Source: Acidimicrobiia bacterium (lineage in GTDB: Bacteria; Actinomycetota; Acidimicrobiia; Spongiisociales; ZC4RG35). Taken from it: a DNA stretch of 64,000 bases. The translations under genes and the position numbers were made by a program. Each line of letters starts with the position of its first letter. The stretch's first letter is position 1. The DNA lies in assembly GCA_041744795.1 (NCBI GenBank), contig JBGTKD010000173.1, positions 4,214-68,213 on the forward strand, read 5' to 3'. Under the pieces are notes generated by a model. That model was not told the origin of the DNA, made no database searches, and worked only from the letters and a program-made list of their open reading frames with translations. Shown one piece after another: positions 48,865 through 58,342 of the stretch.

Positions 48865-50742
48865 TCAGGACATCGAGACCGTCGAGAGTGGCCGGAGGTC
48901 GAGGCTCGAGGGGACGCGAAACGAAATACGGAATGTCGCCCCGCCACCAGGCGTGTCGGAGATCGAGACCCGACCTCCCATCGAGTCGACCAGAGACTTC
49001 ACGATCGCCAAGCCGAGCCCCGATCCCTCGCTCGACCGCCGATCCGGTCGCTCCAACTGCACGAACCGATCGAAGACCCGGGCGCGATCCTCAGGTGCAA
49101 TGCCGGCACCGTGGTCGGCTACGACGAGCGTGAGGCCACCGAGCTCGCGCTCGACTGAGATTTCGACGTCGGTCCCCCCACCGTATTTGACGGCGTTCTC
49201 GACGAGATTTCTCACTACCTGAGCGAAATGATCTGGGTCCGCAGCGATGACATCTGAGCTCGCAACGTCGACGTTGATGCCGCCATACCCGATGAGAGGA
49301 ACAAGCTCGTCAATCGCATCCTTCACGCTCACAGGCACCAGGGTCGACTTCATCGTGCCTCGATCGAGGCGAGAGGCGACGAGCAGATCGTTGATGAGGC
49401 GTTCAAGTCTCGAGGTCTGACGGCGGGCCGACCCTACGAGTTCAGAGACAACGGTGTCCTCGTCGATCAGTCCCGGTCGCGTGAGGGTGTCGAGGGCTCC
49501 TCGGATCGACGTGAGAGGGGTTCGCAATTCGTGGGAGACGATCGAGACAAAGTCTGTCTTCATCTCGGCGACCTCACGCAGCCGATGATTGAGTTCCTCG
49601 GCCTCGCGCTGACGGCGGAGCTGGGCAAGAACAAGGCCTGCGGGCCCAGCGAGAACTGCCAACTCCTCGAGGTCGCTCTCGTCGTAGTAGCCCTTGGCAG
49701 GATTTCCAACGAGCACTACACCAACGCGCTGACCCTCGACGGTGAGGGGGGCAGCCATGGCGACATGTAGACCCAATTCGCCGAGAACCCCCTGCCGCTC
49801 CTTCTTGAGGACATCCACTTTGATCGACACAGGTCGCTCAGATCGCAACGCCCTGGCAACAAAAACAGGATCCTTCAAACTCACGCTGAGCACACGGTCG
49901 AGCTCGGTCGCCTCGCCGTCGATGACAACCGTTGGCACGACGCTCAAAGTCCCTCGATGTTCGTCGGCGATCAGCCATGCTCCCGTGCTGGAATCGAGAT
50001 ACGAAGAGAGGCGGCCCAACAGCACAGGCAACGTTTCCTGGACGGAGGTGGACGCGCCGAGCGTCGAGGCCAAGGCGTAAAGGCGCTCGAAAGCGGAACG
50101 TTCCTTGGCAAGGTCCTGTACATGGTCTCGGTCGCTCATCGCAGTGTGTTCGAGCTGGCGAGCCAAGAATCCGACGGCGATGGCGGTCACTACTACGAAG
50201 ACAACGGTACCCAGCACATCGGAGTACTCCGTTCCACTCCTTGTCAGGTAGGACGCAGCAACGAGGCCAGCCGTCAGGACCGTGACGGAAGCGTGCCTCA
50301 ACGGACTTAGCACGAGTCCGGTCATGACCGCCACAGCCCCGAGCAGAGGACGGGTGGAAGCGGCCAACTCAGGGACGAGCGCCAGTCCCCCGAGCACAAA
50401 GGCAACGATCACCGACCAAAGCCAAGCGGCCCAAGCATCCGGCGATGCCGCCACTTTCTCCCACGGGACGAAGGTCGCCAACGCGAGACCGACGAGGGTG
50501 GCAGCGAGAAAGCCGACCGAGATGCCGTCAAGTCGGTACCCGTCGATGACGGCCACGATGCCCAGCGCGAACACGATGACCAGAAGGACGGGTACCGAAC
50601 GCCGTAATACAGCTGCTCGGAAGTCGGAGAGCGGATCACCCGCGGCCAGCCCAGCCGTCGGATCACCGGTCCCGACCGCCAGCCGGAGGACCCGGATTCG
50701 CGTCATTGCAGCGTGCATGTCTTTGGAATCGTCATCCACCAC
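48865..50742 (-). CDS. Multi-TM GAF-domain sensor histidine kinase, no adjacent response regulator
   Basis: About 6 N-terminal TM helices, a GAF-like middle domain, the H-box SHELRTPLTSI, and an HATPase_c with GLGLAIVKSLV. Confidence 0.8.
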   Translation of the reverse strand: MVDDDSKDMHAAMTRIRVLRLAVGTGDPTAGLAAGDPLSDFRAAVLRRSVPVLLVIVFALGIVAVIDGYRLDGISVGFLAATLVGLALATFVPWEKVAASPDAWAAWLWSVIVAFVLGGLALVPELAASTRPLLGAVAVMTGLVLSPLRHASVTVLTAGLVAASYLTRSGTEYSDVLGTVVFVVVTAIAVGFLARQLEHTAMSDRDHVQDLAKERSAFERLYALASTLGASTSVQETLPVLLGRLSSYLDSSTGAWLIADEHRGTLSVVPTVVIDGEATELDRVLSVSLKDPVFVARALRSERPVSIKVDVLKKERQGVLGELGLHVAMAAPLTVEGQRVGVVLVGNPAKGYYDESDLEELAVLAGPAGLVLAQLRRQREAEELNHRLREVAEMKTDFVSIVSHELRTPLTSIRGALDTLTRPGLIDEDTVVSELVGSARRQTSRLERLINDLLVASRLDRGTMKSTLVPVSVKDAIDELVPLIGYGGINVDVASSDVIAADPDHFAQVVRNLVENAVKYGGGTDVEISVERELGGLTLVVADHGAGIAPEDRARVFDRFVQLERPDRRSSEGSGLGLAIVKSLVDSMGGRVSISDTPGGGATFRISFRVPSSLDLRPLSTVSMS

Positions 50743-50819
50743 CCAAAACCCTGAGCAGCATCCCCAACACCCCCGGCCTGACTAGTCCCTCGGATTCCCT
50801 CAGGTGGGGACGTGGGAAC

Positions 50820-51335
50820 ATGGGGCCGATGAGAGATGGACGTGAGACCCTCACCTGGGAGTTGTACGGCGGGGCAGCAAGAGCCCTCGCTCAACAGGTG
50901 GCAGACGACGGGTACCGGCCCGACATCATCCTCGCCATCGCCCGCGGCGGGCTCTTCGTGGCCGGTTCGCTCGGCTACTCCCTAAGCGTGAAGAACCTCT
51001 ACGTCATGAACATCGAGTACTACACGGGAGTCGGGACGCGCCTCGACGTGCCCGTGATGCTGCCTCCGTACCAGGACTCGATGAACCTCGACGGGGCGCG
51101 CATCCTCATCGCCGACGACGTTGCCGACACCGGAAACACCATCCGAGTTGTTCACGATCACTGCCAGGGACGGGTAGCAGACGTCCGCACCGCTGTGCTC
51201 CATGAAAAGCCCCATTCCCTTGTCAGATGTGAGTACGTGTGGCGGTACACCGACAAGTGGATCAACTTCCCCTGGTCGACCGAACCGCCGCTCGTCGGAC
51301 CGCCCGACGGGGGCGAGATCGTCCTCGACGCCTAA
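50820..51335 (+). CDS. Phosphoribosyltransferase (xanthine-guanine PRTase-like)
   Basis: ATG at 50820. The PRPP-binding motif is ILIADDVADTGNT. The ORF-track 5' extension was rejected. Confidence 0.7.
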   Translation: MGPMRDGRETLTWELYGGAARALAQQVADDGYRPDIILAIARGGLFVAGSLGYSLSVKNLYVMNIEYYTGVGTRLDVPVMLPPYQDSMNLDGARILIADDVADTGNTIRVVHDHCQGRVADVRTAVLHEKPHSLVRCEYVWRYTDKWINFPWSTEPPLVGPPDGGEIVLDA

Positions 51336-52628
51336 TCAGCCTTCGAAGTGGCGCTCGAGGGAGTGCCAAACGCTCGGGTAGTCGTCCTGGAGAGCCGGGA
51401 TCGACCCAGCGTAAGCCGTGGGAATCAGCGGATAGCGCGTCTCGAACATGAACGACATTGTGTCGGACAGCTTCTCGGGCTTGAGTTCGGACTGCGTGGC
51501 CTTGATCCAAGCGTCATGGTCCGGGCCATGCGGGAAGTACATGTTGTGCAGGCTCATCCCTCCCGGATTGAACCCCTCCTCCTTGGCGTCGTAGGTGCCG
51601 TAGAGGATCCCCATGAACTCCGACATTATGTTCTTGTGGTAGTAGGGAGGGCGGAACGTGTGCTCTCCGACCAGCCAGCGATCTGCGAACACGACGAAGT
51701 CGATATTCGCCACGCCCGGGTCCGGCGACGGTGACGTGAGCACCGTGAAGATCGATGGATCGGGGTGGTCAAAACTGATCGAACCCATCACGTTGAACTT
51801 CCGCAGGTCGTACTTCCACGGCACGTGGTTTCCGTGCCAGCCGACGACGTCGAGAGGCGAGTAGTCCGTCTCGACCACGAACAGCCGACCATCGAACTTC
51901 ACGAACAACTCACCCGACGACTCGGTGTCCTCGAACGCCGCCACCGGATGCAAGAAGTGTCTCGGGTTTGCCAATCCGTTGGCGCCGATCGGACCCCGCT
52001 CGGGCAGTTCAAGCAAGGTCCCGTAATTTTCACAGATGTACCCGCGGGCCGTCTCACCCAGCAGTTCGACCCTGAAGACCATCCCTCGCGGCATTAAAGC
52101 GACCTCGCCGGGAGAAACCAGCAGCACCCCGCATTCGGTGACAAAGCGCAGATCGCCTTCCTGGGGCACAACCAGTAATTCACCGTCTGCGTTGTAGAAG
52201 TACGTGTCGGTCATGGACTCGGTAGCCATGTAGATGTGAGCTGCCATACCGCGTTGGAGATGGGCGTCGCCATTCGTCGCAATGGTGCGAATCCCGGTCA
52301 GGAAGGTCGTAGCCTCATCGGGGAAGTCGGGTGGGTTCCACCGCAGCTGGCCGATCGGGGGTTCGGATTCGCGGTTGGGAGCGGTGCGGATGAAGTGGTG
52401 AGAGGTTTCAGCGAAGCGCCACGCATGGCGCACCGAAGGCCGAATCCGATACATCCATGTCCGTCTGTTGCGCTCGTTCCCCACAGTGAAGGCGGTACCG
52501 GACAACTGCTCGGTGTACAGCCCAAGCGGGGGTTTCTGGGGGTTGTTCTGGCCTATCGGCAGAGCCCCCGGCATTGCCTCAGAGGCGAACTCGTTACCAA
52601 AACCGGACAGGTAATCCGGATTCTCCAT
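51336..52628 (-). CDS. hmgA: Homogentisate 1,2-dioxygenase
   Basis: ATG at 52628 after a GGAAGGAAG RBS. HGD blocks are present (YLSGFGNEF, GYICENYGTLLELPERGPIGANGLANPRHF). Confidence 0.9.
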   Translation of the reverse strand: MENPDYLSGFGNEFASEAMPGALPIGQNNPQKPPLGLYTEQLSGTAFTVGNERNRRTWMYRIRPSVRHAWRFAETSHHFIRTAPNRESEPPIGQLRWNPPDFPDEATTFLTGIRTIATNGDAHLQRGMAAHIYMATESMTDTYFYNADGELLVVPQEGDLRFVTECGVLLVSPGEVALMPRGMVFRVELLGETARGYICENYGTLLELPERGPIGANGLANPRHFLHPVAAFEDTESSGELFVKFDGRLFVVETDYSPLDVVGWHGNHVPWKYDLRKFNVMGSISFDHPDPSIFTVLTSPSPDPGVANIDFVVFADRWLVGEHTFRPPYYHKNIMSEFMGILYGTYDAKEEGFNPGGMSLHNMYFPHGPDHDAWIKATQSELKPEKLSDTMSFMFETRYPLIPTAYAGSIPALQDDYPSVWHSLERHFEG

Positions 52629-52687
52629 CGTTTCACTTCCTTCCATCTCGATGACGGTACCGAAGCTCAAGTCGGAGCGACGGGCAT

Positions 52688-52696
52688 CGGAAAATC
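52688..52696. repeat. Candidate target-site duplication CGGAAAATC (left copy; right copy at 54099-54107)
   Basis: The identical 9-mer lies immediately outside both IS termini. Confidence 0.6.
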
Positions 52697-52706
52697 GAGA
52701 CTGCGC

Positions 52707-52746
52707 GGTGAGGTGGGGAGCCGGTCGGTGAGGTGGGGAGCCGGTC
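52707..52746. repeat. Tandem direct duplication (2.5 copies of GGTGAGGTGGGGAGCCGGTC) inside the left IS end, absent from the right end
   Basis: Seen directly in the sequence. It makes the left IR about 40 bp longer than the right IR. Confidence 0.7.
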
Positions 52747-52828
52747 GGTGATGTGAATGCCGGGCTGTTGATCAGGGCCCCTCGATACTCGGTGATGTTC
52801 AACGTCATCGAGCAAGGAGAAGGCCAGG

Positions 52829-54058
52829 ATGGGACCCGATCGTATGTCTGTCCGTCTGCATCTGAGACGCATCCGGGTGATCGCGGTACTGGTGGATGCG
52901 ATCGAGAAGCTGGTCGTCGAGGTCGCAGATGTCCGTCGGGTGGTCCGCTGCCCGTATTGCGGGTTCAAAACCGTCCGGATCCACGACACCCGCCGGTTCA
53001 GCATTCGGGATCTGCCGTCGCATGGCCGACCCACCGAGCTGGTGTGGGTCCGCCGCCGTTTCTCCTGCGTTGAGTGTTCGGAGCGGCATTGGGAGGATCA
53101 TCCCGAACTGATCTTGGGACGCCGAACCCATGTGACCCGGCGTCTGGTACGTCAGCTGGTCAAAGACGCCAACGTGATGTCGATCCGGGAAGTGGCCCGC
53201 CGTCACGACCTTCCATGGCATTACATCATGGGGTTGACCCGGGACTGGTCAGACCGGGTCGCAGCTGAGCGTCGCCGGCGCCGCTGCCGGGTGCTGCTCG
53301 TGGATGAAACGTCGCTGCGGCGTGGTCACCGGTATGTGACGGTGCTGATCAACGGTGACACCGGCGAAACACTCGGGATCGTGGCACACCGCAACACCGC
53401 CGCCCTCTCCGGGTTCCTCCTGGCCCAAGGACACCGCTGGCAGAGGGGTGTGCGAGTGGTGGTCTCTGACGGGTCCGGGTCCTACCGGGCGGCCATCACC
53501 CAGCATCTGGGCCATGCCACCCACGTCCTCGACCGGTTCCACGTCGCCAGATGGTTCGCAGCAGGGATGATCGAAGTCCGCAGGCGGATCCAACGTATCG
53601 GCCCCCACGGCACCCGACCCGCCTACGAACCCGACATCTTCCGATCCCGGTTCCTCCAACTCACCCGCTTCGACCACCTGTCTGCTGAACGGATCGAAGC
53701 GCTTGGACGGGTCCTCTCCGGCAGGCCAGAGCTGGAAGCCGCCTGGCGGATGCTGCAACACCTCTACGGCATCTACCTCGCCGAAGACTCAGAAGAAGCC
53801 AACCAGGCGCTCGAAGCGTTCATCGACATCTGGCAGAACACCCCACTCGTCGAGTTCGACAAGCTCGTCGGAACACTCCTCGAGTGGGGAGACGAGATCC
53901 TCGCCTTCCACAACGCCGGACGCATCACCAACGGAAGGATCGAAGGCACCAACAACCGTCTCGGAGTCCTCAAACGCGTCGCCTACGGCTTCGTCAACAC
54001 CGACAACTTCGCCGCCAGAGCACTCCTCGCCACCCCCGGCATGCCAGCATCACCATGA
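52829..54058 (+). CDS. ISL3 family transposase
   Basis: An N-terminal zinc-finger CPYCG and a DDE_Tnp_ISL3-like body (LLVDETSLRRGHRYVTVLIN...RIEGTNNRLGVLKR) are present. Confidence 0.9.
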   Translation: MGPDRMSVRLHLRRIRVIAVLVDAIEKLVVEVADVRRVVRCPYCGFKTVRIHDTRRFSIRDLPSHGRPTELVWVRRRFSCVECSERHWEDHPELILGRRTHVTRRLVRQLVKDANVMSIREVARRHDLPWHYIMGLTRDWSDRVAAERRRRRCRVLLVDETSLRRGHRYVTVLINGDTGETLGIVAHRNTAALSGFLLAQGHRWQRGVRVVVSDGSGSYRAAITQHLGHATHVLDRFHVARWFAAGMIEVRRRIQRIGPHGTRPAYEPDIFRSRFLQLTRFDHLSAERIEALGRVLSGRPELEAAWRMLQHLYGIYLAEDSEEANQALEAFIDIWQNTPLVEFDKLVGTLLEWGDEILAFHNAGRITNGRIEGTNNRLGVLKRVAYGFVNTDNFAARALLATPGMPASP

Positions 54059-54105
54059 CCGAGCATCAAAGGGGCCATCCCACCTCACCGCGCAGAACCG
54101 GAAAA

Positions 54106-54570
54106 TCATCGGACACCCCCCGGCGTCACCAGCCTCACCGAGAAGGCAAAGAGGGCAATCGCCGCGGGAATAAGAGCGGCCACGGTCAATACGGGGCGGT
54201 ATGAGCCGGAGGCCCCGAAACCGAGCGCCAGCAGCAGCGGACCTGCTGCAGTGCCCGCGACACCGATCGTCGTAACAACCCCTTTGGTCGCCCCCTGGTG
54301 GGTTCGACCGAAGTAGTGGGGATAAACGGTCGCCGTAATCGCACCACTCATTCCCTGCATCGTGCCAAAAAGCAGCCCGTAGGCGATCAAGGTTGCTGCA
54401 GAACGCCCCAATCCGAGGTCGTCGATGATGAAATCCAAGAAGAGCGACACGCCGACTGTCTGGCCCGGAATTGTCAGGGCTGTCCCGATGGTTCCGGCAA
54501 CCAGGACTACCCAGGCGTAGTGGATCGGCGACTTGTCAATAAGCCGGCTCCTGAGCGGCGGATCAATCAC
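54106..54570 (-). pseudogene. 4-TM transporter-like ORF (MFS-half-like), possibly a gene remnant, between prfC and the IS
   Basis: 154 aa. Its start overlaps the prfC stop and its stop abuts the IS target-site duplication. It shows MFS-like Gly-rich TM segments (YFGRTHQGATKG...GVAGTAAGP) but is far too short for a 12-TM transporter. Confidence 0.35.
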
Positions 54571-56141
54571 AGGGCGATGATCGGATCGAGCAGAACCTGA
54601 GGGTTATCCCGTTCCACGGCCTCCAGCCGATGCCTGTTCGTGAAGAGGGCAACCGGTATTCCCGTGCTGCGCCTCGCAACTTCGACGCCACGAATCGTCG
54701 AGAGCAATGCCACGCCTTCGTCGTCGGTCCGCCGAGCGACATTCCAAGGCGTGGACTCGAAGATGACGGCCGCGTTGAACTCGTGTTCCAGGCGATGGAG
54801 GGCCACCTCGTACTGCATCTCGCCGACTGCGGCGAGGATCGGTTCGCGCTCTCCGCCCTCCTCCGTGCGAAGTACTTGAATTACGCCCTCTTCGTCCAAT
54901 TGTGTGATCCCCTTGCGGAACTGCTTGTAGCGAGCGGTGTCCAGGTTGCGGGCTACCCGGAAAAACTCAGGCGCGAAAGTCGGAATCGGGGGATATTTGA
55001 CATCGCCGCTTATCGACAGTGTGTCTCCGATGAGCAGATCAGTGGCATTCACCAGACCGACGATGTCGCCCGGATAGGCGACCTCGACGGTGTCACGCTC
55101 TCGACCGAATACCTGATGGGCGTACTTCGTCGCCAAAGGTCGACCGGTGCGGTTGCTAATGAGCGTCATGCCCCGTTCGAATTGACCGGTGCACAGCCGC
55201 ATGTAGGCAACTCGATCCCGATGACGCGGGTCCAGGTTCGCCTGCACCTTGAACACGAATCCCGACACACCCTCATCGAGTGGGCGCGGAACATCGTCGA
55301 CGTCCTCACGGGGAAGGGGGCTGGGCGCCATCCCGTCCACCGCCTCGAGCAACAGTCGAACACCGAAGTTCCACAGAGCGGAACCGAAGAAGACAGGGGT
55401 GGTCTCGCCTGCCATGAAGCGCTTCTCGTCGTGGTTGGCCTCGACTTCGTCGAGCAACGACAACTCGCCCAAAGCGCCCTCACGCCATTCATCGCCACGT
55501 GCGAGGTCCTCGTCGAGCACAAGACGTCGCTCTTCTCCGATCTTCGTTCCCCTCGGCGTCCGCTCAAACTCCCAAAATGTCTGGTCCCTGCGGTCCACAA
55601 CGCCCTGGAAATCTCTGCCGATACCGACCGGCCACGTGACCGGCGTGGCATTTATCCCGAGCTGTCGTTCGATGTCATCGAGGATCTCAAGGGGCGCCAT
55701 GCCGGGTCGGTCGCATTTGTTGACGAACGTGATCAAGGGGATGCCGCGTGCCTGCGCGACCTGGAACAGTTTGAGAGTCTGAGCCTCGATTCCCTTCGCA
55801 GCGTCGATCACGATCACCGCAGAGTCGACCGCTGACAACACTCGATAGGTGTCCTCGGAGAAATCTCTGTGCCCCGGCGTGTCGAGAAGATTGAAGAGGC
55901 GGTCGCCAACCTCGAACTGCAGGACGGTGGAAGTGATCGAGATGCCTCTAGCCCTCTCCATCTCCATCCAGTCGGAGGTGACCTCCCGTCTACCTGAGCG
56001 CGCGCCAACGGCACCCGCTTCGGCGATCGCGCCCGAGAAGAGCAATAGCTTCTCGGTGAGCGTGGTCTTGCCGGCGTCCGGGTGGGAAATGATTGCGAAC
56101 GTCCTGCGACGTCGTGCCTCGGTTGCGATGGCGCCGGCCAT
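54567..56141 (-). CDS. prfC: Peptide chain release factor 3 (translational GTPase)
   Basis: ATG at 56141 after GGGAGG. The G-domain blocks are AIISHPDAGKTTLTE and DTPGH. The length and order match RF3. Confidence 0.9.
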   Translation of the reverse strand: MAGAIATEARRRRTFAIISHPDAGKTTLTEKLLLFSGAIAEAGAVGARSGRREVTSDWMEMERARGISITSTVLQFEVGDRLFNLLDTPGHRDFSEDTYRVLSAVDSAVIVIDAAKGIEAQTLKLFQVAQARGIPLITFVNKCDRPGMAPLEILDDIERQLGINATPVTWPVGIGRDFQGVVDRRDQTFWEFERTPRGTKIGEERRLVLDEDLARGDEWREGALGELSLLDEVEANHDEKRFMAGETTPVFFGSALWNFGVRLLLEAVDGMAPSPLPREDVDDVPRPLDEGVSGFVFKVQANLDPRHRDRVAYMRLCTGQFERGMTLISNRTGRPLATKYAHQVFGRERDTVEVAYPGDIVGLVNATDLLIGDTLSISGDVKYPPIPTFAPEFFRVARNLDTARYKQFRKGITQLDEEGVIQVLRTEEGGEREPILAAVGEMQYEVALHRLEHEFNAAVIFESTPWNVARRTDDEGVALLSTIRGVEVARRSTGIPVALFTNRHRLEAVERDNPQVLLDPIIAL

Positions 56142-56245
56142 CGGACCTCCCGACGTGGATCCCATGGAGGTTACCCGAGGTCGCATCCCGCACCACAAAG
56201 GACGCCCCCTTTCGGATCTGCGAGTTCGCGAATATCCTTCGCGAT

Positions 56246-57205
56246 ATGCCCGTCTTCCCGCAGAACGTGATCGGCGTGATCTGGGACTTCGATAAGACCC
56301 TCATCCCCGGGTACATGCAGAAGCCGCTCTTCGATCGGTACGACATCGACGCGGCCTCCTTCTGGGCCGAAGCCGATGGTTTAGACGAGTACTACCGCTC
56401 GCGCGGCGCAGGAATGACCAGCGGCGACACTCTCTACCTGGGCCACATTCTCACCTATGTGAGGGAAGGCCGCATGAAGGGCCTCAACAACGACCTGCTG
56501 GCCGAGTTGGGGGCCGAGATTGCCTTCTACGACGGAATGCCGGATTTCCTGGGCCTCCTCCAGAAACAGATCGAGTCGTTCCCTGGCTACGCCGACCACC
56601 AGATACGGGTCGAGCACTACATCGTGTCGTCCGGGCTGCGCGAGATGATTCTCGGCAGTGCAGTTGCCCCTTACGTCGAAGAGGTCTGGGGATGTGAGTT
56701 TTCCGAGGAGATCGCTCCCCCGGGCTACCTGGAAAGCGGGAAAATGTTCTCGGGCGATAACCGCGAGATCCGCCAGGTCATCTACACAATCGACAACACG
56801 TCAAAGACGCGAGCCGTGTTCGAAATCAACAAGGGCACCAATCGCCACAGCAACATCGACGTCAACTCGAAGATCGCTCACGAAGATCGACGGATCCCCT
56901 TTCAGAACATGGTCTACATCGCAGACGGACCGAGCGACGTTCCAGTGTTTTCAGTGATCGACAAGCACGGGGGTAAGACTTTTGCCGTGTATCGCCCGGG
57001 TTCGGAGGGCGAGTTCGAGCAGGTCAACAGGTTGCTCGAACAGGACAGAATCGACGCATACGGACCCGCCGATTACACGGAGGGGAGCCAGACCACAATG
57101 TGGCTCACCCATACAGTGCGCACCATTGCTGATCGAATCTGCCACGACCGGTCCGGGGCCCTTTCGGAAAGACTCGGAGCTCCACCCGGGCACTTACCCG
57201 ACTGA
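56246..57205 (+). CDS. HAD-like hydrolase (DxDxT; nucleotidase/phosphatase-like)
   Basis: ATG at 56246. The motif is IWDFDKTL. The ORF-track 5' extension is antisense to prfC and was rejected. Confidence 0.65.
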   Translation: MPVFPQNVIGVIWDFDKTLIPGYMQKPLFDRYDIDAASFWAEADGLDEYYRSRGAGMTSGDTLYLGHILTYVREGRMKGLNNDLLAELGAEIAFYDGMPDFLGLLQKQIESFPGYADHQIRVEHYIVSSGLREMILGSAVAPYVEEVWGCEFSEEIAPPGYLESGKMFSGDNREIRQVIYTIDNTSKTRAVFEINKGTNRHSNIDVNSKIAHEDRRIPFQNMVYIADGPSDVPVFSVIDKHGGKTFAVYRPGSEGEFEQVNRLLEQDRIDAYGPADYTEGSQTTMWLTHTVRTIADRICHDRSGALSERLGAPPGHLPD

Positions 57206-57207
57206 CC

Positions 57208-58326
57208 TCATTCCGAAGCATCGGTCTCGTCGGAGTCGACATCTAACGGATCGCCGTCGTCATAGAGCGGGCTCCGCATCAGCTCCATGACCGATCCGTC
57301 GGGATCGTCGGCCACCGCGGTGTGGCCGGCAACTACTACCGCTGTCAGCGGAACAGCGAGAAACGCACCGAGAATCCCGAAGGCGACTCCCCCTGCGGCG
57401 ATCGACATGAGGATCACCAATGGGTGCAGCGACAGCACCCGTCGGAAGATGACAGGGTGGAGCAAGTTTCCTTCCACCTGCTGCACAGCCACGACGATTG
57501 CCAAGACGATCAGAGCCTTGGTCAGACCCTGGTTGACGAACACGACCGATACCGCAAGGAGCCCTGACAGAAACGCTCCGACGATCGGGAAGAACCCGCC
57601 AAAGAACACGAGTACGGCCAACGGCAGGACGAGTGGAGCTCCAACGAGAGTCAGGCCGATGCCGATGAAGACCGCATCCACCAAACCGACAAACGCCAGA
57701 CCACGCACATATGCGCCCAGCGTCTTCCAGGCGATCGAAAGAGCGGCTTCCCATCGACTGGGATCCGACACTCGCCTGAGAAAAGCGGCATAGGCGCGAT
57801 CGCCATCCTTTAGGTAGAAGAACGTGGCGAGAAACAACAGCACTGTTCCTGTCAAGACCTCTATGGCAATGGCTGCACCGCCAACGATCCCCGAGGCAAG
57901 TCCACCGAGATTGTCTCGGAACGTCTGGACGACCTCATCGATGTATCCCTCAATTTCAAATTCGGAGAGCTGGAACGGGCCTTCCCCCAGCCACTCGATG
58001 AAGGACTCGGAGGCCGCCTGGAAGTCCCGGCCCAGAGGCTCCATTCCTTCGGCGAACGAAGGCACAAGCAGCATCACGAATCCGACGAAGACCGGGATGA
58101 CCATCCCGATGGTGGCCATGGTGGCGGCCATCGGCGACCACCCCCGATTTTTGAGCCACTGGACCGGAGGATTGAGGATGGCGGTCAGGAAAAACGCGAG
58201 GACGAGCGGGATCATCACGACCTTTACAGCCGCAACCGCGTAGAAGGTGACCACGATCGCGGTGATCACGAGCAGGTAGCGCCAACTGAAAGCTGCGGCG
58301 CGGTCAAGCATCGAACGTTCCCTCAT
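57208..58326 (-). CDS. AI-2E family transporter (PerM/YdiK/TqsA-like)
   Basis: 8 TM helices and the conserved QQVEGNLLHPVIF block. The C-terminal tail is acidic. Confidence 0.85.
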   Translation of the reverse strand: MRERSMLDRAAAFSWRYLLVITAIVVTFYAVAAVKVVMIPLVLAFFLTAILNPPVQWLKNRGWSPMAATMATIGMVIPVFVGFVMLLVPSFAEGMEPLGRDFQAASESFIEWLGEGPFQLSEFEIEGYIDEVVQTFRDNLGGLASGIVGGAAIAIEVLTGTVLLFLATFFYLKDGDRAYAAFLRRVSDPSRWEAALSIAWKTLGAYVRGLAFVGLVDAVFIGIGLTLVGAPLVLPLAVLVFFGGFFPIVGAFLSGLLAVSVVFVNQGLTKALIVLAIVVAVQQVEGNLLHPVIFRRVLSLHPLVILMSIAAGGVAFGILGAFLAVPLTAVVVAGHTAVADDPDGSVMELMRSPLYDDGDPLDVDSDETDASE

Positions 58327-58342
58327 GTCGTGAGCCTGAGAG

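Larger units (their letters stand above)
52697..54098 (+). mobile_element. Complete ISL3-family insertion sequence (~1.4 kb) with imperfect terminal IRs (core CTGCGCGGTGAGGTGGG)
   Basis: A single ISL3-type transposase ORF is bounded by an inverted CTGCGCGGTGAGGTGGG (52701-52717 and the complement of 54079-54095). A second inner inverted match is GGCCCCTCGATACTCGGTGATG versus GGCCCCTTTGATGCTCGGTCATG. 9-bp direct repeats lie just outside. Confidence 0.8.

Noticed and set aside
50706-50819. 5' extension of the phosphoribosyltransferase ORF
   Set aside because: The Pro/Ser/Arg-rich lead has no PRTase homology. The conserved domain starts at MGPMRDG.
54630-55835. 401-aa ORF antisense to prfC
   Set aside because: prfC G-domain motifs are unambiguous on the minus strand. 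The antisense frame is Arg/Asp-rich.
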